DNA of 64,000 nucleotides from Bacteroidota bacterium (GTDB lineage: Bacteria > Bacteroidota > Bacteroidia > 2-12-FULL-35-15), in contig JBAXQU010000007.1 in assembly GCA_037131555.1 (NCBI GenBank), positions 1,504 to 65,503 of the forward strand. Reading direction: 5' to 3'. Under the pieces are notes generated by a model. The model did not search any database, had not been told where the DNA came from, and worked only from the letters and a program-made list of their open reading frames with translations. Positions 9,254 through 21,000 of the stretch are shown here, one piece after another; position 1 is the stretch's first letter, and each line of letters opens with the position of its first letter. The position numbers were made by a program, and so were the translations under genes.

Positions 9254-10750
9254 ATGAAAAAAGTTATTCTTCTTTCAGTTATTTTTTTAGCATTAAATAC
9301 ATTAATGGCTCAAAATGTATTCAATAAAAAATACAACCCAGATGTAACAGAATCAAGGGCAGAAGCTGTAGTAGCTGCAAGTGATGGAGGTTACCTTGTT
9401 GCAGGATTCACACATTTTGGCGGAGTGTTGGGAGCTTTTAAAACAAATTATTTAGGAGATACTTTGTGGTCATTTATTTTGGAACTTGGGATTAATGTAG
9501 GGAATTATCTATTTACTGCTATTGAAGTAACTGATGGGAATTATATTGTTGGTGGTGTTTCTGGGGATCCAATCTTACATCGATCACATGCTACATTGAT
9601 AAAATTAAATAAGAATACGGGGGACACCATTTGGGTTAGGAAAATAGGATTGCCGAACAGAAGCGAAAGGAATTATAATGTTAAACAAACTCCCGATAAT
9701 GGTTTTGTTTTTTGTGGTTTACGTTTTAATGAAGATAGTTTAGGGAATACAACAGATGATGATGTATATCTTGTAAAAACAGATAGTATGGGCATTCCTC
9801 AATGGAAAAAAACGTATGGTGGCAGTAATTATGATTATGCGCAATCTGTTGAATTAACTGCCGAAGGTGGTTATATGATTCTAGGAACAACCTACAGTTA
9901 TGGTGTAGGGCAATACAATATGTACTTAATAAAAACAGACAGTTTAGGGAATATGCTTTGGCAAAAAACATACGGAGGTTCGTTAGAAGACTATGGACAA
10001 TCAATAGTCAAAATGAATGATGGTAATTACGCTTTAGCTGGAGGTACCTATGTTAGTACAGATACTTTAGCAGGTTATATTTTAAAAATTGATACTGCCG
10101 GCATAGTTATTTGGCAAAAAAAATACAGAGGAATAATAAAACAACAAGAATTTTCAGGAGTAAAACAATTGCCAACAGGTGAACTTGTGGTATGCGGTAG
10201 TATGCAGGGCGACACCTTAAATAATAGTTTTTATGGCATAGTAAAAAAGTTAAATGAAAATGATGGCAGTGCTGTTTGGCAGAACCAATACCAATATTAT
10301 AATACCGATTCAACCCAGCATTATTTTTATGGTATTGACTTGTGTTTGGATGGCGGTTTGGTAATGGCGGGTATGTCAACAAATTTTCATCATGGGGTAA
10401 ACCCAGCTAACTCAATGTGGCTTGTAAAAACAGATTGTATGGGAAATGATAGTATTTGGGATAGTGTGAGTTGTTCATTGCCAATAGGAGTTTCAGAAGT
10501 TGTAGCAAAGGATATTAATGATGTTTTAGTGTATCCTAACCCAGCCACTAATCAAATTACAATTGAGAATTCACAATTGAGAATTAATGCAATACGTATA
10601 TATAATGTGCTTGGCAGTGTGGTGTACCAACAACTAACAACTAACAACCAACAACTAAGCATAGATGCGAGCACGTGGAATGCAGGAGTATATTTTGTAG
10701 AAGTAGAAACAGAGAAAGGAACGGTGAGGAAGAAAATTATTAAGGAATAA
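9254..10750 (+). CDS. T9SS type-A cargo with beta-propeller-like LVKTD-x-G-xxx-W-x-KTYGG repeats
   Basis: Start moved to MKKVILLS (signal peptide ending LMA-Q). Repeated YLVKTDSMGIPQWKKTYGG-type blades; CTD with VYPNPA, IYNVLG, GVYFV and KKIIKE. Confidence 0.85.
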   Translation: MKKVILLSVIFLALNTLMAQNVFNKKYNPDVTESRAEAVVAASDGGYLVAGFTHFGGVLGAFKTNYLGDTLWSFILELGINVGNYLFTAIEVTDGNYIVGGVSGDPILHRSHATLIKLNKNTGDTIWVRKIGLPNRSERNYNVKQTPDNGFVFCGLRFNEDSLGNTTDDDVYLVKTDSMGIPQWKKTYGGSNYDYAQSVELTAEGGYMILGTTYSYGVGQYNMYLIKTDSLGNMLWQKTYGGSLEDYGQSIVKMNDGNYALAGGTYVSTDTLAGYILKIDTAGIVIWQKKYRGIIKQQEFSGVKQLPTGELVVCGSMQGDTLNNSFYGIVKKLNENDGSAVWQNQYQYYNTDSTQHYFYGIDLCLDGGLVMAGMSTNFHHGVNPANSMWLVKTDCMGNDSIWDSVSCSLPIGVSEVVAKDINDVLVYPNPATNQITIENSQLRINAIRIYNVLGSVVYQQLTTNNQQLSIDASTWNAGVYFVEVETEKGTVRKKIIKE

Positions 10751-10873
10751 TGTTCCACGACCGCGTCCAGTGATGCAATAAATATTAAAGCTTACAGGAT
10801 TTTTTTAGGTTCCTTTCCTCTTCAAAATAACATTGAGAGAAACATGCTCGCCTTAGAGGAAAAGTAAATAATG

Positions 10874-10881
10874 TATCTTTG
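10874..10881 (+). promoter_or_regulatory. Bacteroidota -7 promoter element
   Basis: TATCTTTG, 20 bp upstream of ATG 10902. Confidence 0.6.
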
Positions 10882-10901
10882 TAACATAAAAAAATTATAA
10901 C

Positions 10902-11321
10902 ATGGGTCTTACTTATGCTAAAATTCGTCTTGTTAATCAATACGATGAATACAAATCAGCGGAAGGGAATTTGGAACCAAACCAAATACGTAATGTGGAA
11001 GTTGAAATGCTTGTGGATACAAGTGCTATAAGAATGGCAATTAATGAAGAAATATTAAATGCGCTAGGTTTAAAACGAGGATTTCAAATGCAAGCTTCTT
11101 TGGCAGATAGAAGTGTGCGAACATTAGAATTGGTATCTGGTATCAAAGTAAGTTTTGGCGACAGAACTTGTTATACAGATGCTTTTGTTTTGCCAGGAAA
11201 CACAGAGCCTTTGCTTGGCGCTATACCTATCGAAGCTATGGATTTGGCAGTAATTCCGTCTGAAAACAAACTTCAATACAATCCCCAACATCCCGATGGA
11301 GCATTGTTTTCACTAAAATAA
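10902..11321 (+). CDS. Clan AA (retropepsin-like) aspartic protease, AF_0612-like, with an atypical active-site motif
   Basis: MG..YA.I.L.N start, LVDTSA (canonical LVDTGA), LADR (canonical LADG) and EPLLGAIPIEAMDL. Confidence 0.85.
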   Translation: MGLTYAKIRLVNQYDEYKSAEGNLEPNQIRNVEVEMLVDTSAIRMAINEEILNALGLKRGFQMQASLADRSVRTLELVSGIKVSFGDRTCYTDAFVLPGNTEPLLGAIPIEAMDLAVIPSENKLQYNPQHPDGALFSLK

Positions 11322-11355
11322 GTATAGCGTCTAGATACTTCGGGATAGGATTTAT

Positions 11356-11393
11356 CCTTTGTGAACCTTAGCACCTTTGTGCCTTAGTGGCAA
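11356..11393. repeat. REP-like element CCTTTGTGAACCTTAGCACCTTTGTGCCTTAGTGG; right arm of the inverted repeat with 8591-8610
   Basis: Internal CCTTTGTG and CCTTAG duplications, located between convergent genes. Confidence 0.5.
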
Positions 11394-11418
11394 ATCAATC
11401 GCCATTCCCCAACAACCA

Positions 11419-12066
11419 CTACTTACAATTCTTCTTAATGATATCGTAAATTTTAAAGTCGCCAAGTTCGCCAGCCTTGCTCCAATCTTTGCAAGCACCT
11501 TTCGCATCGCCCATCTGAAACTTAGCAGTACCTCTTTGTTCGAATGCTTGAAAATCTTTTTTATTTAATTCAATCACCTTGGTATAGTCGGCAATGCAAG
11601 CCTTATAATCTTTGAGGTAGAGGTACGATGAAGCACGATTGAAATAAGCATCAGCAAAGTTTTTGTTTTGTTTTATAGCAATCGAAAAATCATCAATCGC
11701 TCCCATATAGTCTTCGAGCTTGGCTTTTAGCTTACCTCTTCCTTTGTACGATTTCGAAAACAAAGAATCGAGCTCAATGGACTTATTGTAATTCTCCATA
11801 GCTCGTTTCGGTTCGTTTTGCAAAAGATAAAGCTCACCGAAATAATAATAAAGTTCCGCATTGCGTGGTGTCATCTCCAACGATTTGTTGAACTCCAACA
11901 AAGCCACATCGTAATTGCCTTCATTAAACTTCGCAATTCCATTCTTTAGATGCACAGTAGAATCAACCGTTTGCGACTGGATGGTGGAAGTGAAAAACAA
12001 GAAGCAAGCGATGAAAAATATTGCACCGCACTTGCTTCTTGCGAATAATCTAGTTTGTTGTTTCAT
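11419..12066 (-). CDS. Exported tetratricopeptide repeat protein
   Basis: Signal peptide, about 5 TPRs (e.g. AYFNRA...DYTKVIELN) and C-terminal GACKDWSKAGELG...NCK; starts 6 bp after the giant gene's stop. Confidence 0.88.
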   Translation of the reverse strand: MKQQTRLFARSKCGAIFFIACFLFFTSTIQSQTVDSTVHLKNGIAKFNEGNYDVALLEFNKSLEMTPRNAELYYYFGELYLLQNEPKRAMENYNKSIELDSLFSKSYKGRGKLKAKLEDYMGAIDDFSIAIKQNKNFADAYFNRASSYLYLKDYKACIADYTKVIELNKKDFQAFEQRGTAKFQMGDAKGACKDWSKAGELGDFKIYDIIKKNCK

Positions 12067-12072
12067 CCTCTT

Positions 12073-15000
12073 TTATTTTACTATCACTAGTTTTCTAGAG
12101 ATGCTACCTTCGGTAGTGGTCAATTCTATGGAGTAGAAACCAGCAGCTAAGGTAGAAGTGTTCACATCTAACTTATGTTTTCTCAATCCTGTGCCACCTA
12201 CACCATCTAATGTTTTCGCCCATATTTTTTGTCCTAACGTATTGTAAAGGTTGATTTCAATAGGCGAATTTAAAGTAGTGCTGAATTCGATGGAGAACTC
12301 ATCAATAGCAGGATTTGGATAGATGTTCAAATCAGCAATGCTCACCGTTGCTTCGTCAATACCTACATTGTCTACTTCTACAAACACTGTGGTGGTATTG
12401 CTACATCCATAATCGTTAGTTCCTGTTACCGTGTAAGTAGTAGAAACCGTAGGCGAAGCAATAACTGTAGCACCTGTTGTGGCGTTCAATCCTGTACTTG
12501 GCGACCAAGCATAAGTGCTCGCATTGTAGGCTGTCAACGTGGTGTGATTTCCATTCATGATAGCAATTGAATTGACATTGGTTGTAACCAAAGGATTCGG
12601 ATTGATGACAAGGTGAGTAGTGTCGGTAGCTGAGTTTCCGCAACCACCTGAGAAATCAACTACATAGTAAGGATAGTTTCCAACACCTGTTTGTGGAGGT
12701 GTATAGTTGTTTCCTATGGCCACCAAATTTATCAATGTATAATCGCTGTACCAATGTGGATTGTTTCCAGTTGTTGTTAACATTGAGTTCTGACCATAAC
12801 AAATAGTTACATCATTTGCCACAGGCACCGAAGGAGCAGAATTAATAATCAACGAAACCGAATCGAAACTAGGACTTAAGCATCCAGGTAAACTATCAGT
12901 GATATAATAAGTATAAGTACCCACAGCTGTTTGTCCTGTGTTGAACGATGTTCCAGTATGAACCAAGCCAGTAAGGTTAGCATTCAAGTACCAACTAATA
13001 TTTGTTCCAGTAGAATAAAGCGTAGTGGTTGGATTTCCAAAACATACAACCAAATCATTCGCGACTGGCACAGGAGGACTAGTTTTGATTGAAAGCACAA
13101 CGCTATCCATCGCACTCATACATCCTGTGGTTGTGTTGATATCTTTCACATAATAAGTATACGTTCCAGGTTGAGTTTGTCCAGTTGCAAACGAATTGCC
13201 TGTATAAAAATTCACCATTGTTGCATCGTACCATTGAACATTAGCACCACTAGCGGTTAAGTTAGGAATAGTAGCAAGCGAACAAACTACCACATCGTTA
13301 GTAATAGGTGTTGCAGGTAAAGGATTCACAACAATGTTTATGGTGTCGGTATTAGTACAACCCAATGCATCTGTACCTGTAACGGTATAAGTAGCGGAAG
13401 AAATAGGTACAAACACAACACTATCGTTCGCACCTCCTGTCCATTGATAATTCAATGTTCCACTTCCATAAAGGAAAAGAGAAGTTCCCTCACAAACAGC
13501 AGAAGCGCTTGAATGAGCTGTAACAAAAGGCAGTGCATTAACGGTAATATAGATGGAAGAAGTATCGCTACATCCATTTACATCCGTACCAGTAACAATG
13601 TACGAGCCTGAAGCAACAGGAGAATAAGCAATGCTATCCATCACGCCATTGGTCCAAGTGTAAGCGTTAGCACCTGTTCCATACATGATTAATGAAGAGC
13701 CAGCACAAACACTTGCTGCAGAAGCATTGGCAGAAACGATAGGTAAATTATTTACAGCAATGTTGATGATTGCACTATCAACACATCCATTTACATCCGT
13801 ACCTACTACTGTATAGTTGCTGCTTGTACTTGGTGTAAATGCCACACCATCTTGCACACCACTTGTCCATGCGTAGGTAGCAGCTCCACCACCTGTTAAG
13901 CTCAATGATGAGCCAACACATACAGTCAATGCTGTTGAATTGGCTGTGACAATTGGCAATGCATTTACATTAATGTGAATGCTGTCGGAATTGCTACAAC
14001 CATTGTTGTCAGTTCCATTCACTAAATAGGTAGCGCTTGAACTAGGCACAAAGGTTACACCATCGGTTATTCCATTGTTCCAAGAATAATTCACAGCTCC
14101 ATTACCATTCAATGTTACTGCGGCACCAGCACAAACACTAGTTGTTGATGCACTTGCAGAAACAGTTGGTAAAGCATTTACGGTGATGGAAACGGTAGCA
14201 GTATTGCTACAACCCAATCCCGAATTTCCAGTTACTGTATACGTGGATGAAGATGTTGGTGTGAAGAATACACTATCACTAACACCACCTGTCCAAGTAT
14301 AAGTGTTAGCTCCACCTCCATGTAATTGGATGCTATCGCCAACACAGATAACCGAAGCAGATGAATTAGCAGTAACCACAGGAAGAGCATTCACGTTGAT
14401 GGAAACTGTTGAAGTGTTTTCGCAACCATTGTTGTCAGTACCAGTAACTGTGTACGTTAGCGATGACAATGGAACAAAAGAAATTCCATCACTAACACCA
14501 TTGGTCCAAGAATAAGTGTTAGCTCCACCCCCTGTAAGGCTGATTGGAGAACCATCACAAACGTCAGTTGCTGTGGCGTTGGCCGAAACAATTGGTAATG
14601 CATGAATAGTAAATAGTAAACTATCAGCATGACTCACGCAACCTGTTGTTGAATTGGATTGTGTGGCATAGTAAGAATAAGTTCCTGCTGAATTTTGAGT
14701 AGAGATATAATTATTGGTGTTTGCTAAAAGAGTAGAAAGACTCGCATCACTAAACCAATTGATGTTGGTTCCAATTGCTGTAAATGTTGGATTCGTTGAA
14801 CCAAAACATACTGGAGCATTACCCGACAATACAGGTGATGCAGGAATTGAATGGATGGTTAGTGTTACCGAATCTGCTGGACCTTCGCATCCTCCAACAG
14901 TTTGAGTAACGAAATAGGTGAATGAACCGATAGTAGTATCGTTAGTCGCAAACGTATTTCCGTTATACAATACACCGTTTAGTTGCGAACTTCCATACCA

Positions 15001-18000
15001 ATTAGTATTGGTGCCTACCACTGATAATGCCGGCACCGATTGTCCATAACAAACTGCAAGATCACTTGCAACAGGCGCCAAAGGAGCTGTGTTGATGGTG
15101 AGGGTTACTGTGTCTTTCGATGATTCACAAGTCGTCAACGAATTGGTTTGTGTTACATAATAGGTATGTACACCAGCAGTAGTATCTCCACCCGTGAATG
15201 GATTGCCATTATAAATACTTGTTAAGCTGGCATCGTACCATTGTATATTAGTTCCACTAGCAGTTATTACTGGCGCAGTTCCTCTACAGATAGAAACATC
15301 AGCAGCAGTAGGAGGTGGTGTAAAGTTAATCGTAAGAAGTACCGTATCTACAGCACTTTCACAACCTGTTGCAACATTTAAATCAGTGGCATAGAAGGTA
15401 TGTACACCTGGAGCTGTAATTCCTGTAACGTATGAATTACCTGTAGATACAGTTGTTGCCGAAGCATCTCTCCAAATAATATTTGTTCCAGATGCATTAA
15501 GATCAGGAGTTGCAACCCCAAAACAAATTGTTGGCGATGATGCCAAAGGTGTTGCTGGAAGATTATGAATGGTCAAAGTGTCAACGGTGTAAGGACTTTC
15601 GCATCCATTCACGGTTTGTGTTACATTGTATACATAAGTTCCAGCAGCAGTGTTGTTTGTTACAAAACTGTTACCGCTAGCTACTAAAGTAGAGGTGTTA
15701 TACCATTGGATAGAAGCACCAGCTGCGGTCAGGTTAGGAATGGCACTGTTAAAGCAAGCGCTAGCATTCGAAGAAACAGGAGCCAATGGAATTGAATTAA
15801 TAGCTAAGGTAACATAGGTGGATGTACTTTGAATTCCATTTACCGTTTGAGTTACATATAGAGGATAATTTCCTACCGTGTTGTAACTAGTTATATAAGG
15901 ACTTCCTGAATACACTAAGTTGGTGAGTAATGAATCACTATACCATCTGATGTTATTTCCTTGTGCCGATAAATCAGGAACAATATCACCCAAACAAATG
16001 GAATGACTTGCAGCAACAGGATTGTTTGGATAAATGGTTAATGCGACTGTATCAAGATAACTTTCGCAATTGTTTTGTGTTTGACTTACGTAATAAGTGT
16101 ACACTCCAATCGCAGTTTCTCCAGTTGCAAAACTTGAATTGTTTGATAGCACAACCATTGAAGTATCGTACCATTGAATGTTCGTTCCACTAGCAACTAA
16201 ACTAGGTGTAGGGTTTCCAAATTGAACTGAAACATCACTCACAACAACTACTGGAGTGAAATGAATGTTCAAGGTGTCAATCGTAGTTGCGCTTATACAA
16301 CCATTGCTCGATTGAGTAATGTAATAATAATAGGCTCCTGGTGCAGTTTGCATTGGATTGAATGAACTACCTGTGTTTATTAAAGTATCCAAGGCAGAAT
16401 CACTATACCAATTTAAATTATTTCCTGTTGCACTAAGGCTTGGATTTGGTTGTCCAAAGCAGATGGCTGAGTTGCCCGAACCAAGTGGAGCAGATGGTGT
16501 AAGGAAAATGATTTGCGAAACAGAATCAGCTAAACCTTGACATCCGTTAATGGTTTGAGTGACATAATAGGTGTAATGACCCGGCAATGTATTGCCGGTA
16601 TTGAACGAATTACCATTTGCCAAAACTGCACTCAATGACGAATCTGCATACCAATTAATAGATGCTCCTACAGCGGTTAAGCTTGGAATGGTTTGTCCAG
16701 AACATGCTTGAACATTGGATGCAATTGGAGGGTTTGGATAAGCGGTAATGGTCAATGTAACTGTATCTTTCGCGCTTTCACATCCTGTTGATGATGAAGT
16801 TTGACTGACGTAAAAAGTGTAAACACCAGCAGCTGTCAATCCCGTATTGTAGTTATTGCCACTGTATACTAACGTCATAGTATTATCATACCATTTAATA
16901 GATGAACCAGTGGCAGATAATGTAGGGACCGAATTTCCTTCGCAGACTGCAATGTTGTTTGCAATTGGAAGTGGTGTGAAATTGATTGTCAACGTAACAC
17001 TGTCGAACGAACTTTCGCATCCTGTCACGGAACTTGTTTGGGTTGCATAATAATTATAAACTCCAGGGGCTGTAATTCCTGTGCTATAATTGTTACCTGA
17101 CGAAACTAGAATGGAAGCTGAATTATACCATTTGATGTTTGTTCCTATCGCTGATAAATTTGGTGTAGCATCTCCAAAACACGAAGAAGCATCGGAAGCA
17201 ACAGGTGCTAATGGTAAACTATGAATGGTCAAAGTGTCCACTCTCGATGGACTTTCACATCCATTTACTGTTTGAGTTACGTTATAATAATAAGCACCAA
17301 CGGTAGTATTTCCAGTCGCAAAAGGACTTCCTGCATGTACCAAGAATGTGGTATCGTACCAATGAATGTTTGTTCCAATAGCCGATAAACTTGTTATGGT
17401 TCCACCAAAGCAAGCACTTTGGTTGATTGAAGAAGGGGCATTCGGAATGGCATTTATGGTCAATGAAGCAGTAGTGGCTTGACTAGAAATTCCATTTACC
17501 GTTTGAGTTGCATAATAAGTGTAAACACCAACTGCAGTTTGCCCTGTGGTATAATTACTACCTGAATGAAGAAGTGTAGTAAGCTGTGAATTGCTGTACC
17601 AATTGATATTAGTGCCAGTTGCATTCAAATCGGGAATAGTATTACCAAAACATACCACTTGATTTGGAGCCGCTGGTGCAAGCGGATGAATGGTTAAGGT
17701 AACTGTGTCAGGATTGCTTGTACAACCATTCAAAGTTTGAGTCACATAATAAGTATAAGCGCCTATTGCAGTTTCTCCTGTAGTAAAGGTATTACCTGTT
17801 GAGACAAGAGTCATGGTATTATCGTACCAATTAATATTGGAACCTGTAGCTATTAAATTAGGAGTTGCAGAACCAAAAGCTACAGACACATTATTCACAA
17901 CAACTGGAGGAGTGTAATTAATAGTAAATACCACCGTAGTGGCAGGACTACTGCAACCGTTCACCGTTTGAGTTACGTAGAACGTGTAAACTCCAGCCGC

Positions 18001-21000
18001 TGTTTGTAATGGAGTAAAAGTACTTCCACTATGCACCAAATTAGTTAATCCAACATTACTATACCAATTCACATTTGTTCCAGTAGCTGAGAAGGTTGGA
18101 TTTCCTTGTCCAAAACAAATGGATGCACTTCCTGATGTAGTTGGAGCATTCGGAATGGGGTAAATAGTAAGTACAGCAGTATCAGCAATACTCGAAGAAC
18201 AACCTGCTGTGCTATCTTTAACATAAAAGATGTACGAACCAACAGCTGTGATGCCAGTGTTGTAAGTACCTCCTATATGAACCACATTAGTGAGTAAACT
18301 ATCATTATACCACTGAATAATTGTTCCTGTTGAGGTTAGCGAAGGTATTGATTGACCAAAACAAGCGTTCACATCGTTTGCTATTGGTTGAGTTGGTGTA
18401 GAGTTGATAAATAAGTGTGCGGTATCACTATGACTAATACAGCCACTCAAACTATCTTTTTGAATAACGTAATAAGTGTAAGTGCCAATTGTTGTTTCAC
18501 CTGTATTGAATAAATTGCCAGTATGAATCAATGTTGTCAAGCTAGCATCAGTGTACCATGTTACGGAATCAGAGCCAGTGGATGAAGCAACTAAATTTGG
18601 TATCGGATAACCAAAACAAGCATTTTGATCCACAGTAAGAGGACGTGCGGGCAATGGTTCAATATTCAAATGAACAGTATCGGAATGACTAGCACAACCC
18701 AAAGCAGATTGAATAACATAGAAAGTATAATTACCAACAGCAGTTAAGCCTGTATTGTATGTAGTACCGCCATGAACAAGCGAGGTTAATGCAGCGTTAC
18801 TATACCATTGAACATTGGTTCCTATTGTTGTGAGTAATGGTGTTGTTTGTTCAAAACAAATAGTATGATCAGCAGCAACAGGTGTTGAAGGTATCGGGTT
18901 AATTGTTAAGATAACCATTTTTGATGAGCTCTCACAACCATTCAAAGTTTGTGTTACATAGAAGGTATCAACACCAACAGCAGTCAATCCTGTATTGTAT
19001 GGGTTGCCTGAATAAACCAATGTCATCGAAGTATTATACCATTTTAAATTTGAACCACTAGCCGTGAGCACTGCAGCAGAGCCACCAAAACAAGCTGTTT
19101 GATTGTTTGCTGCCGGTTGAGGTGTAAAATGGATTGTTAATGTTGCTGTATCTTTTGGACTAATACAACCCAACAAAGAATCAGTTTGAGTAACATAATA
19201 ATGATATACTCCAGGTGAACTTAAGCCAGTCACCAAAGGGTTGCCATTTTGAATAAATACCATCGCGGATGTATACCATTTGATGGTATCGCTTCCTGTT
19301 CCTACTGCAGTCAGTGAAGGGGTGCTCGAACCAAAACAAGACGAAACATCTGTGGCAACAGGTTTTGATGGCAAAGCATGAATGGTTAAGGTCACAGTAT
19401 CCGCAGGACTCTTAGGACATCCTATTGTACTATCAGACACGTAATAAGTGTAAGTTCCTGCTGCAGTCACTCCTGTATTATATGGGCTTCCCACATGGAC
19501 TTGGTTAGTTAATGCAGGATTTGTGTACCACAATTGAATAGTTCCTGAAGAAGTTAATGCAGGTATATCGTTTCCGAAGCACACAGATTGATCGCTTGCC
19601 GTTGGTTTCACAGGAGCACTGTTGATGTGTAAGGATACAGTATCTTTTCTGCTTTCGCACCCATTCAAAGAATCAGTTGCTGTTACGTAATAAGTATAAA
19701 GTCCGACAGCCGTTTGACCAGCGTTAAAAGGAGAACCAATATGTTGAAGTACCATTGATGAATTGTACCATTTAATCGTATCACCCGAATTGGCGGTCGC
19801 AGTAAATGTAGGGATAGGATTTCCAAAGCACTCACTCACATTAGCAGATACAGGAGGGTTTGGTGCAATTGAATCAATAGTCATGGTCACAGGAATCGTG
19901 TCAATACTATTCAATGGATCATTCGAATTAACATAGATTGAAAAGTTATGTGTTCCAGGACTCTGTCCTGCTTTGTGGAACATAGCTGTTACATTAGAAC
20001 TACCACCTGCAACTGTGCTGCCAGATGAAGTATTGAAAGTAACAGTGTTTGAATAAACGGGAGCATTTGGAGCTGAAATAAATGTATTGCCAATCAAAGT
20101 GCCATTATTTCCAAACGAACTAAGGTCTTGGGCTGTTCCATTATTAAAATTCCAATAACCACTTAATCCTGATTCATTACCAGTTGATTCGTTATTCATG
20201 GAGTTTAAGATTTGTGCAGGTGTAAGCGCGTAATTATAAATTTTCACTTCATCAATTTTCCCGTTAAAGTATCTTCCTCCATAATCAGTGGAGCCGATTG
20301 CTAAGTTCGATGATTGAACGTTCGGTGTTGAAGCAAGTGTTCCACTTATTGGAACTCCATTTATATAAAGAGTTACCGAAGTTCCATTTAATACACAAGC
20401 GATATGATTCCATTGATTTAATACAGCGGTAGGGCCAGAATTAGGAACGAAATCGTTACACCAAGTAGCCATACTTGGCCTTCCATTACTTTGAATGGAA
20501 AGCAAGAAGGTGCTGCCATAGCAATATCTAGGTCCCCAACAAACAACACCGTTATAAGTTGCATCAGGATATGCCACGGGATATATCCATGCTTCAGCTG
20601 TCATTACACTTCCAGTAGGAAGGTTCACAGTACCGCGGTTAATATAGTCTCCGTTTCCATCAAAGGTAGCACAATTTCCACGAATTGTGGTCAAGTTCCA
20701 ATTCAAATTACTTCCTCCGTTTGTATTACATACATTTATTTGTTTAGGAACAGAGTCTTGGCAAATTGTAAAATGAACGTTCAATGAATTCGGACTATGA
20801 CACTGAACAGGCTTAGGATATGCAATTCCATGAAGACAGACATGCTGAACCACATTGTTATTGATGAAAGTAAGCGTGTCTAAATAAGTTCCTGCTGTAA
20901 TAGGAGCAAACGTAACCTGCAAACTTGCAGAACCACCCGGAAGAATCGTATATGTAGTATGGTTTACCGAATATGCACTTTGCTGGTTAGTAATATTTGT

